The notes under the pieces were generated by a model. It worked only from the letters and a program-made list of their open reading frames with translations, was not told where the DNA came from and searched no databases. DNA of 64,000 nucleotides from Mobula hypostoma (lineage: Eukaryota), in contig NC_086097.1 in assembly GCF_963921235.1 (NCBI RefSeq), positions 142,912,001 through 142,976,000 of the forward strand, in the 5' to 3' direction. Positions 39,546 through 52,059 of the stretch are shown here, piece by piece. A program made the translations under genes and the position numbers. Each line of letters begins with the position of its first letter. Position 1 is the stretch's first letter.

Positions 39546-40319
39546 GTTAGCTAGATTGACACTCTGGTGCAGGAAATAGTTGCTGCACTGTCAAACATGC
39601 AATCTCTTTAAAGGTCTTCAAACTGACAGCCTATCTCTCAAGTATTCACAGAGCTGAGATATCCAGTCCAAGATTTGTTCCTCAGCCACCTTCATTAAAA
39701 CAGAGTGGCTTAGAGGTTCATTCAAGTTTAACAAGCATTGGAGAACAATACTACTTGTTTATTACATTCCATGCCACTAGCCGTTTTGGCCTGAGACTAC
39801 TATTTGCAAATGAAATTTCATTAGGTGCTATAAAATTAACAGTACAAAAGGACAGTACAGGCAGCTGTGGAGGCCAAGTCTTTGGGTATATTTAAGGCAG
39901 AGGTTGGTAGATTCTTGATTAGTCAGGGCATGAAGTGATACGGAGAGAAGGCAGGAGATTGGGCTGAGAGAGAAAATGGATCAGCCATGATGAAATGATG
40001 GAGCAGACTCAATGGGCTAACTGGCCTAATTTTGCTCGTATATTTTATGGTATAGCACTGCAGAGTGTGCAAAGGAAAACAGATTGAGTTTGGGCACTAC
40101 AGGAGAAAGAAGTGATGAGGAGAGACATATTGAGGAGTTGCTTTAAAATAAATTAGTAGGAAAATTAAACAAAATGCTGAAAATACTGAGCAAGCCAGGA
40201 AAAAGTGGTGGAAAAAAGTTAATTAGCTTGTGGGGTAAATGCTCGTTTGTCAGTACAACATTTTAATTAAGTAGGGTGTGCGTGAATTGACTTCTCAGTA
40301 CTCGTACAGCTAAAATGTA

Positions 40320-40900
40320 CAGGATGTGATGGCATTTAATGAGATCTTGTAGGCTTTTGCAGAATAATCCAGTCTGTTCTTTAACAACACTCTACTCTGC
40401 CTGTAAATTATTTCCCCTTAAATTCCCACCCAATTCTCTTTTAAAAACCATGCATGATTAATTCTGTTTCTGCCACCCTTTATAGGCGGCGAGGTCCATA
40501 TCATAGCCACACTCAATATAAAGTAAAATCCTCACAATCTGCTTGTATCTCATGATTATCCTTTTAAACTCTAAATCAAGTTTCATTGGCCACTTGGTCT
40601 CCCATTCTGACTGCCTTTCTATGGCCTCTTCAAATCCATTATTATCCTTCTCAATGTTTACCACACCCTCAACAAATTTTGAAATTTTATTGTGCACATC
40701 CATATCCAAGTCATCAGTACAGGTGTCCTGGCGCTCACCCTGGGAAACTCCACATACCAACATCCTCCAGTCTGAAAATTCACTGTGTCTACAACTTCCT
40801 GCTTTCTTTCATTATGCCAATGACTTATCAGTACTGCTACTGACCCTTTTATTCCATGTGATTCAATTTTTCTAACTAGAGTCCTGTGTGGGACTTTGGT
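40320..40900 (-). mobile_element. CR1 remnant, decayed
   Basis: GVSQG, KISKF and WETKWPMK RT-like motifs. Confidence 0.55.
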
Positions 40901-40999
40901 CCAAACAGTTATTAGGAAAGATTTGACACGTAAAATGTATTGTAAAACACAGCAAAGGGCCTATGATGTTTTGCTGAGCAAATTAAACTAATAAGTCAA

Positions 41000-42250
41000 T
41001 AGACAACCTATTGACCTTGCCCCCTCTTGCCTTAACTGCATACTTCCTAGTATTATAGATTTTGGCCATGGGGAAAAAAAGATACTGGCTGTCTATTTAT
41101 GCCTCTCAAAATCCAATAAGCTTCTAATGGTGCCCACTCAGTCTCTGTCACTCCAGAGAAAATGACCCAAGTTTGTCCAAACACTCCTCATAGCACATCC
41201 CTTTAATCCAGGCAGCATCCTAGTAAATCGCTTCTGTGACCCCTCCAAAGCCTCCACATCTTTTCTATAAAAGGGTGACCAGAAGTGAATGCAGTACACC
41301 AGATATGGCCCAGCCAGAGTTTTATAAAGCTGCAACAGAGCACCTCTTTCTCCCTTATTAGGGAGAGAGAGAGCCCGTGCTGTGTCGAATGCCGGGTGAA
41401 CAAGTAGTCTTTGGAGTACTGCAAGTCTTTGTCTTTGCTGTTGCTTTGCTCACGCTTGAGTGCTTGGTGGCGGGTGCCGATGCTTTTTTTTGTCGGTGGT
41501 GGCGGGGGGGGGATTGTTGCTTGCTGCAGCTTATGCGCGGGAGGGAGGGGAGCTGGGGGGAGGGGTTCTTTGGGGGTTCTAACATTTAACTGTCGTTCAT
41601 TCTTTGGGGGAACTGCTCTGTTTTCGTGGGTGGTTGCGAAGAAATGCATTTCAGGATGTGTGTTGTATGCATTTCTCTGACATTAAATGTACCTTTGAAA
41701 CATAACTTCCTGACTCTTGACGTCAAACTAACATGTCTTCTTTGCCACCCTATCAAGTTGTGCAGCCAGTTTTGAGGAGCTATGGAAATGGAACACAAGA
41801 TCTCTCTGTACATCCTTGCAGATAAAGGCTTTGACATTAACTGTGTACTGTCCTTTCACATTTGATCTTCCAAAGTGCAACACCTCGTACTTAGCCAGAT
41901 TAAACTCCATGTGCTATTTCACTGAGCATATCTGCAACTGATCTATATTCTGGTGTATATTTTGGCAATTTTTTACATTATTCACAATTACACTATCGTA
42001 GTACTGTCTGCGAAGTTAAAAAAAAACACCCGCCCATGTTTTCATCCAGATCATTGATAGCTAACACGAACAGCAGAGATCCCAGTATGGATCTCTGCGG
42101 AACACCATTAGTCACAGATTTCCAGCCTGAATAAGTCCCATCAACTGTACTTCAGCCGATTCTCAACCAAAATGGCAAAGTTACTGTGGAGCCCCTGTGT
42201 CTCAATTTTCTGGATAAACCAGCCATTTGGGACCTTGTCAAACATTTACT
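41000..42250 (-). mobile_element. CR1 fragment interrupted by a plus-strand LINE 3' UTR (41338-41700)
   Basis: MEFNLAKYEVLHFGRSN and LYKTLAGPYLVYCIHFWSP motifs. Insert ends attaaatgtacctttgaaa. Confidence 0.8.
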
Positions 42251-43128
42251 ATGTTCCCTTCATCAACATTATTACTACAATGACTGCTCTTAAAAACTAG
42301 TTGAAGAGCACCTGATAGTGATGATAAAAGACACAAATATTTTTATTTTGATGGGGAAGTTTGTGTAACCACTACATGATGCTTATTGTTGAACACTTTG
42401 CTTCATTACATTCCCAATTTGAAGCTGACACTTTCCTTTACACCACTAATCCTTAACAGAACATCTCACGGGAAGGGATAATGCAGAAACATAGAAACAG
42501 TACTGAACAAAAATAGGTCACCTGGCCAAAATGCTTGCGCTGACCATGATTCCAAATTAAATAAATCTCATTTTCAGGCACATGATCCTTATCCTTCTAT
42601 TCCCTGCCTGAGACGTGTCTGTCTCAATGCCTCTTAAACATTGCTGTCTTATCAGCTTCCACCACTTCTGCAGAAGCACATTCCAGTCCATAAGACCATA
42701 AGGCAAAGAAACAGAATTAGGCCACTCAGCCCATTGAGTCTGTTCCACCATTCCATCATGGCTGATTTATTATCCCTCTCAACCCTATTCTCCTACCTTC
42801 TTGTAACCTTTGATGCCCTTAATAACCTATCAACCACTGCTTTCAATATTTGATAGGTTTCAGTGAAAGCCCCCTTACCTACTATATTACTCACACATCT
42901 CTTTTAAACTTTCCTTCTCTCATCTTAAACCTGTGCTTCCACCCTGATTCTGATTAATCTACCCATCTATGCCTCACATTATTTTATATACCTCAGTCAG
43001 GTCATCCCTCAAGTATCTGATGCTGCAGGGAAAACAATCCAGGTTTGTACAACCTCTCCTTGTCCCTCCTCTCAAAGCCTCCACTTTCCTCTCAAAATAT
43101 GGCATCCAGCCTGCAATAAATACACAAA

Positions 43129-44973
43129 CAAGAGAAAATCTGCCGGTGCTGGAAATCTGAGTGTAACTCTTGGTTCCGCTAGCGGCTTAATATAGGGGAT
43201 GACAGCCCCCCCCGGCCTGGCCAAACTTAAGAAATCTTGTTTGGGTGGATGCTGCGTGGTGTCCCGTTACAAATCAGTACCCTGAAATAACAAACAGTAC
43301 ACAATATGCGATTAAACGATTGAGCTTCATAATTCTTAATTTGACGATATGGTTAGTAAACAAAAAAAAAGAAAAAGGGCCCATTCTCATGAAACAGTCT
43401 AATGCGCAATGTTGGAGCTCACTGATAAGGCCGTTCGTCTACCATCGACCTCCTCTGATCATCGCTGACCTTCGGACCCTCGCTCCAAGTCCACTCTGTC
43501 CAGCAGTCTACCATCTCTCTCTCTCTATTCGCGTCTTCTCTCCTCATCTCTCCCCGGCAAAAGACAGCAAATTCCCAGCTCTCAGGCACACAAGGAATAA
43601 CATCCAGCTCATTGGCTAACATGCTCTGTTATCTCTAGTCATAACCAAAACATTGCTGCTACAGAGAAACCATTACCTTCGCAGTGGAACATTACAGAGA
43701 AGCCACCCAAATGAGATTTCTTAAGTTTGGCTGGCCAGGGTGGGGGGGGGGGCTATCATCCCTATATTAAGCTGCTAGCCGAAGCGAGAGTTACAATTGT
43801 GGGGGCTCGTCTGGGATAAAGCATCAGCATCAATGTTCCTGCTTCCCGGCCAGTATTTCAGGTTGATCTCCAGGGTCCTGAGCATGTCTAACAAGGTCTG
43901 ATTAAACCTCTCTAGCTGGGGATCACCCTGCAGGTGATAGGGTGTGGTCCTCGACTCTAAGCATGCCCAGTAACTCATGGATGAGGATGCTCTCGAAATC
44001 CCGTCCCTGATCACTATGTATCTGCCTGGGAAGGCCAAAATAGATGAAATACTTCTCCCATAACACTTTTGCCACTGTAGACGCCCTCTGGTCCTTGGTA
44101 GGAAAAGCCTGAGCATATCTGGTGTAGTGGTCTGTGATGACTAAGACATTCGCTGTGTTGCTAGCATTGGGTTCTATTGACAGGAAATCCATACACACCA
44201 GGTCCAGAGGACCAGCACTCTGCAAGTGGGAAAAGGGAGCTGCCAGTGCAGGCAGTGTCTTCCACCATATGCATCGAATGCATAACTTCCAGTATTCTTC
44301 GACCTCCGATTTCATCCGGGGCCAGAAAAAAATGGTCTCTGAGCAGTCCATAGGCCTCTTCCACCCCCAAATGTCCAGAATCACCATGAAGTGGCTTGAA
44401 CGCAATTGTCCGATACTTCTCCAGCAGAACCAGCTGGCAACATCAAGATTGGTCTGGGGGTGACGTGACCTGGTATAAGATCTGGTTCTTCAACTCCAAC
44501 CTAGGCCATTCTTGCAGTATTGGAGGCACTGATGCGTGGTTCGTCTTCTCCGCCTGAGCTATGTCTCCCTTTTAGATCGCTGCCCAAATGATACCAATGC
44601 CCTCGCTGAGCAGCCGCCACTTCCCCAGAACTCAATTCCGGCAGCTGATTTGTCTTCAGAGCAGTCAGGTTACAGTAAACCTGGGGAATGGCGTCATCAG
44701 AAGCTCCCAGTTGATCCATTGCTCAATCCTGCTGGGACACTGAGTTCTCATAAGGAATTTGGGGCTACCTGGAAATAACTTGGCTGATTGCTGGGCAGCT
44801 ACACCCTATGTGGTGGAGAGTCAGATGCCAAACCTGCCAGTTTTCTGGTGAAACCCAACAGTGTGTTACACGAGCAACATGCACAAAATGCTGGAGGAAC
44901 TCAGCAGGCCAGGCAGCATCTATGGAATAAGGTACTGTTGACGTTTAGGGCCGAAACCCTTTGGCAGGACTTA
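43129..44973 (-). mobile_element. Penelope pLTR split by a Gypsy insertion, 15-bp TSD
   Basis: TSD CAATAAATACACAAA at 43114-43128 and 44974-44988. pLTR halves at 43129-43161 and 44871-44973. Confidence 0.85.
43162..44870 (-). mobile_element. Internally deleted and rearranged Gypsy LTR retrotransposon
   Basis: TGTAAC...GTTACA ends and 4-bp TSD TGAG/CGAG. Integrase FFWPRMK, GPLDLVCMDF, DHYTRY, HSDQGRDFES, ERFNQTL. LTR-like 43162-43702; tRNA-Pro PBS at 43800-43817 on plus. Confidence 0.9.
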
Positions 44974-45036
44974 CAATAAATACACAAATGTGGCCTAGCC
45001 GAAGTTTTGTATCACTGCAACATGAAATAGAGAACT

Positions 45037-45180
45037 TTTATATCATCTCAATGTGTACTTAAGAATGTATAAATAATTGTAGTTTTATACATATAAAAAA
45101 ATGGAAAAGGTTATATGTGTGAAAAAAGTACATGATATTTGTGAATTCCTTATCCAAATAAAAATAAAATTAAAAAAAAA
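45037..45180 (+). mobile_element. 5'-truncated poly(A) retroposon (L1-clade-like 3' end)
   Basis: AATAAA plus A-tail, with 13-bp TSD GAAATAGAGAACT at 45024-45036 and 45181-45193. Confidence 0.8.
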
Positions 45181-45399
45181 GAAATAGAGAACTAATGACA
45201 TAACCATTGTGTCTTGTTGCTTAAGTCAATGTTTTGATTGACCATTTTATAGGATATTCTTGCTCATCTTTCGAGTGGTTTACTTTATAAAGTGCCCTGA
45301 GATGGTTTTCAATGTCAAAGGCATATATTAAATTGTGTTGTGAATCTGAGAATATGAGTGGATATGTCTTGCATACAGTTGAATTGAATTTGATCATGA

Positions 45400-45600
45400 A
45401 TTGAAAACTTCCCTTGAGGAGGTGTATTTGTGAACCACTTGGGATTATATGGCAGTTTAAAACTGTCACGGATACTTTTACTGACACCAGCATTATATTT
45501 TCAGAATTCAAATTCTCTATTTTCATAAAGGGATTTGAAATGTAGTCGTAGTACTCAGGCCTCTGGTTTTCAATTTAGGAGCATAATCTATTTATTGCAA
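45400..45600 (-). mobile_element. Deu-type SINE remnant
   Basis: Resembles the 5' and central parts of the SINE family seen at about 1900. Confidence 0.4.
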
Positions 45601-47464
45601 TATCTGCTACAGTCGAACAGCTAATCCTATAGAAGTGGAGAGAATTTATCTCAAACTATACTGTACCTAACAGAAAGCTTTGAAACTCTTCTCCAAATAT
45701 CTTTTCATGTTTTTATTTAAAGGAGGAAATGAGAGAGGAGCAACTGGAGTAGTAATAATAAATGACAATGAAAGAGGAAACGAAACATTAAAAATGAGGA
45801 ATTAAGAGGGGCAAATGAATGCGAGTATTGACAGCTTTAGAAATCTTTCCAAACCTTCAAACTTTGCACGATAACTTCTCAACAAACACAAGGGGAATCA
45901 AATGGAAGATTTAAAATACATTTTTATATATTTTCAGTGTTTTTCAAAGCAAAAGTTCAAGTCACAAGCAATAAGAGAACAGATGCAGGTCAAGAGAAGC
46001 CCATCAATTTATAAATTTAAGGCACTTTCTCCTTTTTGTAAAAAAGAATTTATTTCTCTCTCTTGCTCTCTCTGTCTCACACACAAAACATAAAATAAAG
46101 AAATTATTTCACTTCTACACAGATTTATTGAGATTCAAAAAACTTGATGTCTCTGGAATGTACTCAGTAAAAGTCTTGTTTGCAGTCAGGCAGTGGAGTA
46201 AACACAAATAGAGAAACTTCAAATCCATATTGCTGTTTTATCTCACCTAATTTCAGATGTAACTTGGACTGAAAATTGTCCTACAGCTAAATACCTTGAT
46301 AATTATTGCTGTCAAATTGACAGATTCCACACTCTCCCACCAGACCCCCCACCCACCAAAAATACCAGTACAAAATCTTATTCCCACCTCCATCTTCTTC
46401 TTCTTCTCCTCCTTCCTTGCTGAAGTGTAGTTTCGTGACTGCCTTGAGTCATCTGACTTTATGATTTAGGCTTGCCACTGTCTCATTGCTTATTTGTATA
46501 AGCTTGGGCACTTAGTCCTGTGCTGACAGCAGAACCCAGTGTCTACTTATGCAAGGGGACTTCATAGCGATGATAACCTATCCAGTGGTCAGGAGTAGTA
46601 ACCATAAACCTTTCCCAACTCCTAATGCTAGAGTAATGAGGTCAGTTTTAGTCACTCCTAACCTTAGCTGAAAGGAATACTTCAGGGGTAAAAACTTGCT
46701 TCCTTAATCTACAGTCTCTTGCCACCATAGTGCTTAGAGTGCCCTTTTTGGGAGTCGATGTTAACCTGGTATGTGCACTACAGCAGTGATGATGTTTAGG
46801 TGAAGAATGCTGGTAAATTGTTCCCTTTTTCTTAGGTTAGATTTTACTAAATTGATGTTAATAAGCAATTAGAATAGCAATTTTGGAAACAGACTCAAAA
46901 TATGGGGGGTCTTGGTTGAGAGAATTGATAAAACCAAAATGTATGCATAAATTTGGGTCACTGGGCTCACTGTTAGCTTCCATTCCAAATCCTTTCTCTC
47001 AACTGTTGTCTTAAAAGTCCACGAGTCTAAAGGCATTAACACTCTACCAGCAGCATGCAGGGAGTTCTACACATTATGGGGAACATCAGCACATGCAAGA
47101 GCTTTTATTTTTGGTGCTGGCTCCTCTACCTACGAAGCAAAGATTTCAAAGATGAGGTATTCCCATTTCTCTGGTAAGGAAAGCAAATGTCTGATTAACA
47201 GCCATCAGTGATGTACAGGCTATTGAGGATGGTAGTTCTGAGGCCCACCATTGGTCTTCAGTCCTTCTTAAAAATTATTGGTGGGAAATCTTCTAGGACA
47301 TATAGTTAAGCTATTCATTATAATGCTATTAGACAGGGGTGTCCAATATTTTAACCCAGCAGCAATGATGAAACAATATTGTATGTACAAATCAATGCAT
47401 GCAATTTGGATAAAATGTTAGAGATGATGATGTTCCCAAATTCATAAATCCCTGTCCTTCTAGA

Positions 47465-47548
47465 GTGGGGGTTCCCAACTTGGTGTCCATGGACCCTTGC
47501 TTAATGGTATTGGTCCTTGACATTAAAAAAAAGTTGGGAATCCCTGTT
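47465..47548. mobile_element. hAT-like MITE
   Basis: ggggttcccaac...gttgggaatccctg termini. A related copy lies at about 60505-60576. Confidence 0.55.
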
Positions 47549-48409
47549 GTAAATGTTGAAAATTTTAGTTTGGGGAAGGCTGGGGGATGGTTGCTGTTGC
47601 TGAAACTATAAAACCCAATAAAAGGCATGTGGACTTAAACCCATTTCCTATTAAAATTACATGTTCATTAAAGAAGAAAATGAAAATATTTTGAAGGTGT
47701 GCCAAATCTTATTGTAGGGTACAGATATAGAGTCACTGGGCCAGAGAAAATAATTAAGCTAGAGGAGGATATTTAAATAGTAGCTACTTACTATGAGAAA
47801 TGAAATGAGGACCTCATTTAGATTAATGGCAGGAGAACAATTCTCCACTTCCACTTCAGTAGCATTTATAACCAAGTTAATGTGCAAAACTAAAATACAT
47901 TAAGGCAGCTCAAATCAGATCTTTCAATATCTGGGACCTTTCACCCTTCCATTTCTGTCCTGAGCATGTAATTTAATTCCAGCATCTTGTGACACTAATT
48001 TTAGCCAAATGCCCATTCATAAAACCTGAGCTGAATGAGTGAGCACCAAAAGATTGTTTAAACTCGAGGACTGGCACATTTGCTCAAGCCCATCCTCAAA
48101 TGGCTCTATATTAAGAGATGGAAATCTAGCGGAATCTCCCTTTGTTTCCTTTACCATTCAAGTTGGTAGAGATAAATTGTAGATGTCCAATTTAATTGTA
48201 CTTGGTCTAAGGTGATTCAAATGACTTCCTGTATATTATTTACCACTCAAAACAATTCAATTTAGATTTTCAAACCAATCAGGGACCTAGATCCAAATAC
48301 TTAAATCTGTTTTATTTTCAGTTCAAGAAATTAACCTTATTCTCAGTGAAAATTTATACTACAGCATAGGTGTAAGATTGAGAATAGAGAAAGGGAAAAT
48401 ATCACAAAC

Positions 48410-48429
48410 TAATGACTGAAAGGTTTAAT
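48410..48429 (-). terminator. Candidate NBEAL2 polyadenylation signal (ATTAAA)
   Basis: ATTAAA at 48429-48424 on minus, followed by CA and a GU/U-rich tract, about 1.2 kb past the stop. Other AATAAA sites (e.g. 49534-49539) exist. Confidence 0.3.
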
Positions 48430-49620
48430 TTGAAAGTTGATAGATTGCAGTATGATTGGAAGGTTCAAACTTTCAGAGTTCTACAGCCTTGTAAGAAACA
48501 TGTTGGACAAAAAAAAACAATCAGTATCTTAAGATACAATGTAAACATTTTAAGAACATGAGAGGAAATTGTGTGATGTTAGATTAAAATTTTGAAGCAC
48601 AGGGAAAATTGCTGGAATTTAAAGAAATGAATTGCCACCCTGGTCGCAAATTGGAAAAGGCACTGTTGTAGTAATAATTATCTACAATGAATAACTCTGA
48701 ATATTGATACTGGTTATCATTCTTTGTAGAACATAAATTGACAGAGGATAATATCGGCAATTCATCCTTTCAATGAGGGAATTTAAAATAATCCAATGCG
48801 AAGAAAGTCACAGCCCGCAGTTTGGTCTCTTTGGTAGAAGTGTGGCATCAAAAGAAAATGCTGCAATCAAACACAAGAGCAACTATGCCATCACACCAAT
48901 TTCCTCTCTACTACTATCTTTCAATCCAAACTGCAGTTCTATCAATAGGAAAGGGTGCCTGAAACAGCCCCGGATTCAAGAGTCCTTAATCTAACATTGT
49001 ATGACATTCAATATCAACAGTAGACGTTCACAATGGGCAAATTTATAGTAGAAAAGTAAATAATGCAAAAACAATTGTTATGTAACAAAAGGCAACTTGT
49101 TACAGGGAGCAACTTAATAGGTAAAGATAATTCAGCACAAATGTTTTAAATTTGAGTGATATGTCTTATTGTGTTTATAACTTTCCCAATATGATTAAAA
49201 AAGTCAAAGATACAGATGAATTATAAAATAAAATTTCCATCCCTCAAAAAATCGAGTTATTAACCTCTCTGAACAAATCATACTACAAATTACAGTAGTT
49301 TGCACTGTGCAGATAGAAATTGCCAAAGGTTGACAATTCCATGTGAAAAAGGTTTAAAAATCCTTGAATTATTTAAGGCATCAGATCCTTTTCCACTTTT
49401 CTTGTAAACAATGAACCCTTTAAATCTCTCAGATTCAAATAGGTGCTTTGGTCGCTGAAAGCAGCTCATCACATTGCTGACGAAGACACACAACCTGTTA
49501 CCTCTCCAGCCTTCCAGCTCTGCTCAGTTTTCATTTATTTCCTTTTAAATAAATAAAGTTTTTTGATGAATATAACAGGAAGTAGACTCTTGGTGGGATT
49601 TAGCTCATCGTATTTGAGTT

Positions 49621-49728
49621 TTACTTTGTGCTTATGTCAGTCTTATTGTACTCTGTTTCTCCAAATGTCACTTGAGTCATCCGTTTGGTGGAACCCCACA
49701 ACCGCCTGGTGAACTGACCTGAACGCAT
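49621..49728 (-). CDS. NBEAL2: NBEAL2 terminal coding exon
   Basis: tttcag/ATG CGT...TAA. Encodes MRSGQFTRRLWGSTKRMTQVTFGETEYNKTDISTK*, with the NBEAL C-terminal GETEYN motif. Confidence 0.93.
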   Translation of the reverse strand: MRSGQFTRRLWGSTKRMTQVTFGETEYNKTDISTK

Positions 49729-51583
49729 CTGAAACAAGATAATACAGTGAAATAAGAGATATTGCTTTCAGCGGTCTAAATCCCTTACCCCTCTTTCTTA
49801 AATGTGCTGGCCATTAATAGCCATTTGGTCTTTGTATACAGCAAATCAGCAGTATGATCTGTCTCTTGACCATTCAATACACAAGACAGACCAGAGTCAG
49901 GATGCTGGAAGTTGGAGGGCTCTTTCAATAATCTTAGGAGTACCCCAAGTCAACAAAGGTCAGGTTTTAAACAGTTTTTTTTAAATCCCTAAAAAGTGCC
50001 AGAATTCCATTAGAAATAACTGAAGCATTCCTTCAAAAGGTGGCTATTGGAGAAGGGGGTGAGAGTTGTTTTATATTTAATCAGAACAGAATGTTTGATA
50101 CATGTTCAGGACATTACACACCAACTCAATTGCAGCTAGAAGGAAATAAATTCAATCTCGTTCTTAATGAGTTTGAACCTACATCATGAAATTAAAGAAA
50201 CTGGAACACTGGCCCAGTAGGAGGTGATTCAAGCCTATTGAAACCATTTTATCATTCAGTTAGATCACATATTAAATGCAGGTGCTTGAGTCAATTTTGT
50301 CTGCCACTGAAGAAGACATAATGAAGGCATTATGGTCTGAAACCTTTCCAGCCAGTTTAAAGGGTCTCATGTTCACAGCTAGACTTCTCTGTGAGACACT
50401 ATCTTAACAGGCTAGCCTTCACTTAGAACTCAGGCCTCCTACAAGCACATCCTCAATCATACTGCTCTCTCAATCAATGTCAAGTTCATGGAAACACCTC
50501 AGGATTATTCTTGGCTGCCACTGCTGATCTGTGTCCCATCTAAGTTTGTGTGTCACTGTCGTATTAAGAAAGTCATCCAAGTTTCATGCTCATGGACAGA
50601 AAACTTCATCTATTTTCCTTTAGGTCTTCAGAAGGAAGCAGAACTGACACTTTAATTGGCTATAACTAAAGGTTTCCACAAAATGCAGGTTTTCATACGC
50701 TGCACCCATATCATGTTTCTCTTTACAGACACCTCCCTGGAGTATCTGGCCTGGTGGGTTTACATGGACCCCAGCAAAGAAGAGATGTATCTTTTGGCCT
50801 GTGTTCTCCACCAACAATCCAGACCCTGAGGCCTTGGAAACACTCTCTTTCCCATCATTATAGATGCTAATTTTGAATCTGCACTGTAGCTGGTAAAGTA
50901 CTGCTTGTATTTTGCCCCCCTTAAAGAAGAGTTTGTGAGTTTGCAGCTGCAAGATTATGTGCTGCCATTTGTCAATAGATGAATGGAATAGGGGATGCTA
51001 AAACTGAAACAGAGTTGATTCACGTGGGAGTTCTGACATTGCAGTTTTGTAAATTTTGCAATGTAAAATAGTAATGGAAAATTATAAGTATAAAAGGAAT
51101 TTCTAAAGTAATAGCTTCTTGTTTGTGTTCAGTGATGCTGTATAAAAGTTGGCAGGGATGACTTACTTCTCTTTAAACTTTCTAAAAAATACAGTTATAT
51201 TTTGGTAACTTCCAATGTAGCACCATCTATCAATATTGCGCCTTTTTTTTTAGCCGAGATTATATTTTCAGTGTGTGTCTTGAACCTATTACCTCAGTTT
51301 GCCCACTTGATACACATTGACACAGATCAGATAAACAAATTCTAAGCATTTGAAGTTAAGATGTTTCCACCCCTCTATTTTTAAACTCTCCTGAAAATCT
51401 ACCTCTTTGAGTAGGCTTTTAATCATGACACCTAATTAGTTTATTTTAAGCTTGAGGTTAACTTTTATAGCTAGAAGTGCATTTTGGATGTTTTCTGACA
51501 TTAAAAAAAGCTAAATAAATGCAAGTTGATTAATTACTGGTATCCCACCCACATTCCTGTACATTTTTCATTACTGTCCTCAC

Positions 51584-51719
51584 CGTAGAAGGCCTTCCTG
51601 ATGCCACCACAATCAGTTTCCCGTCATTCAAACCAACGAGAATATGGCTGTTATCTTTGGTAACAGAGACACTGTGGATGGGAACCTTCATGACCATTGG
51701 TTGCATTGCACTCTTCAAA
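51584..51719 (-). CDS. NBEAL2: NBEAL2 coding exon (WD40)
   Basis: 136 bp AG..GT. Encodes LKSAMQPMVMKVPIHSVSVTKDNSHILVGLNDGKLIVVASGRPST. Confidence 0.94.
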
Positions 51720-52059
51720 CTGAAAATAAAATTGTAACAAATTAATATATCTGGCCACAGAGAATGTCATTCAAGTTTTGTTTATGTTCTTAAGAGCAGG
51801 ATTAGACAAGCAATTAATTCCCTAAATCCTATATTGGCATTCAACAAGATCACGACTGATTTGTAACTCAGTTCCATTTCCTCAGCTTTAGTCCACATCC
51901 TTGAACAAAATCCCTTGAGGTTCAATGTGGAAGCTTATTTTGAAAAAGAATCCAGAGACTTTTGAGGAAGAAAATTACAAGAACAAAACTTGCAAGAATT
52001 TGTAAGAAAAATTATAAGAAGAAATTACTAGAAGGGAAAAAAAGCCAGATAACTACTGG

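Noticed and set aside
43162..43795. Apparent TIR DNA transposon (Ginger-like) next to an integrase
   Set aside because: The right repeat is followed by a tRNA-Pro PBS, the integrase lies outside the repeats, and the TSD pairs with 44870. A rearranged Gypsy fits better.
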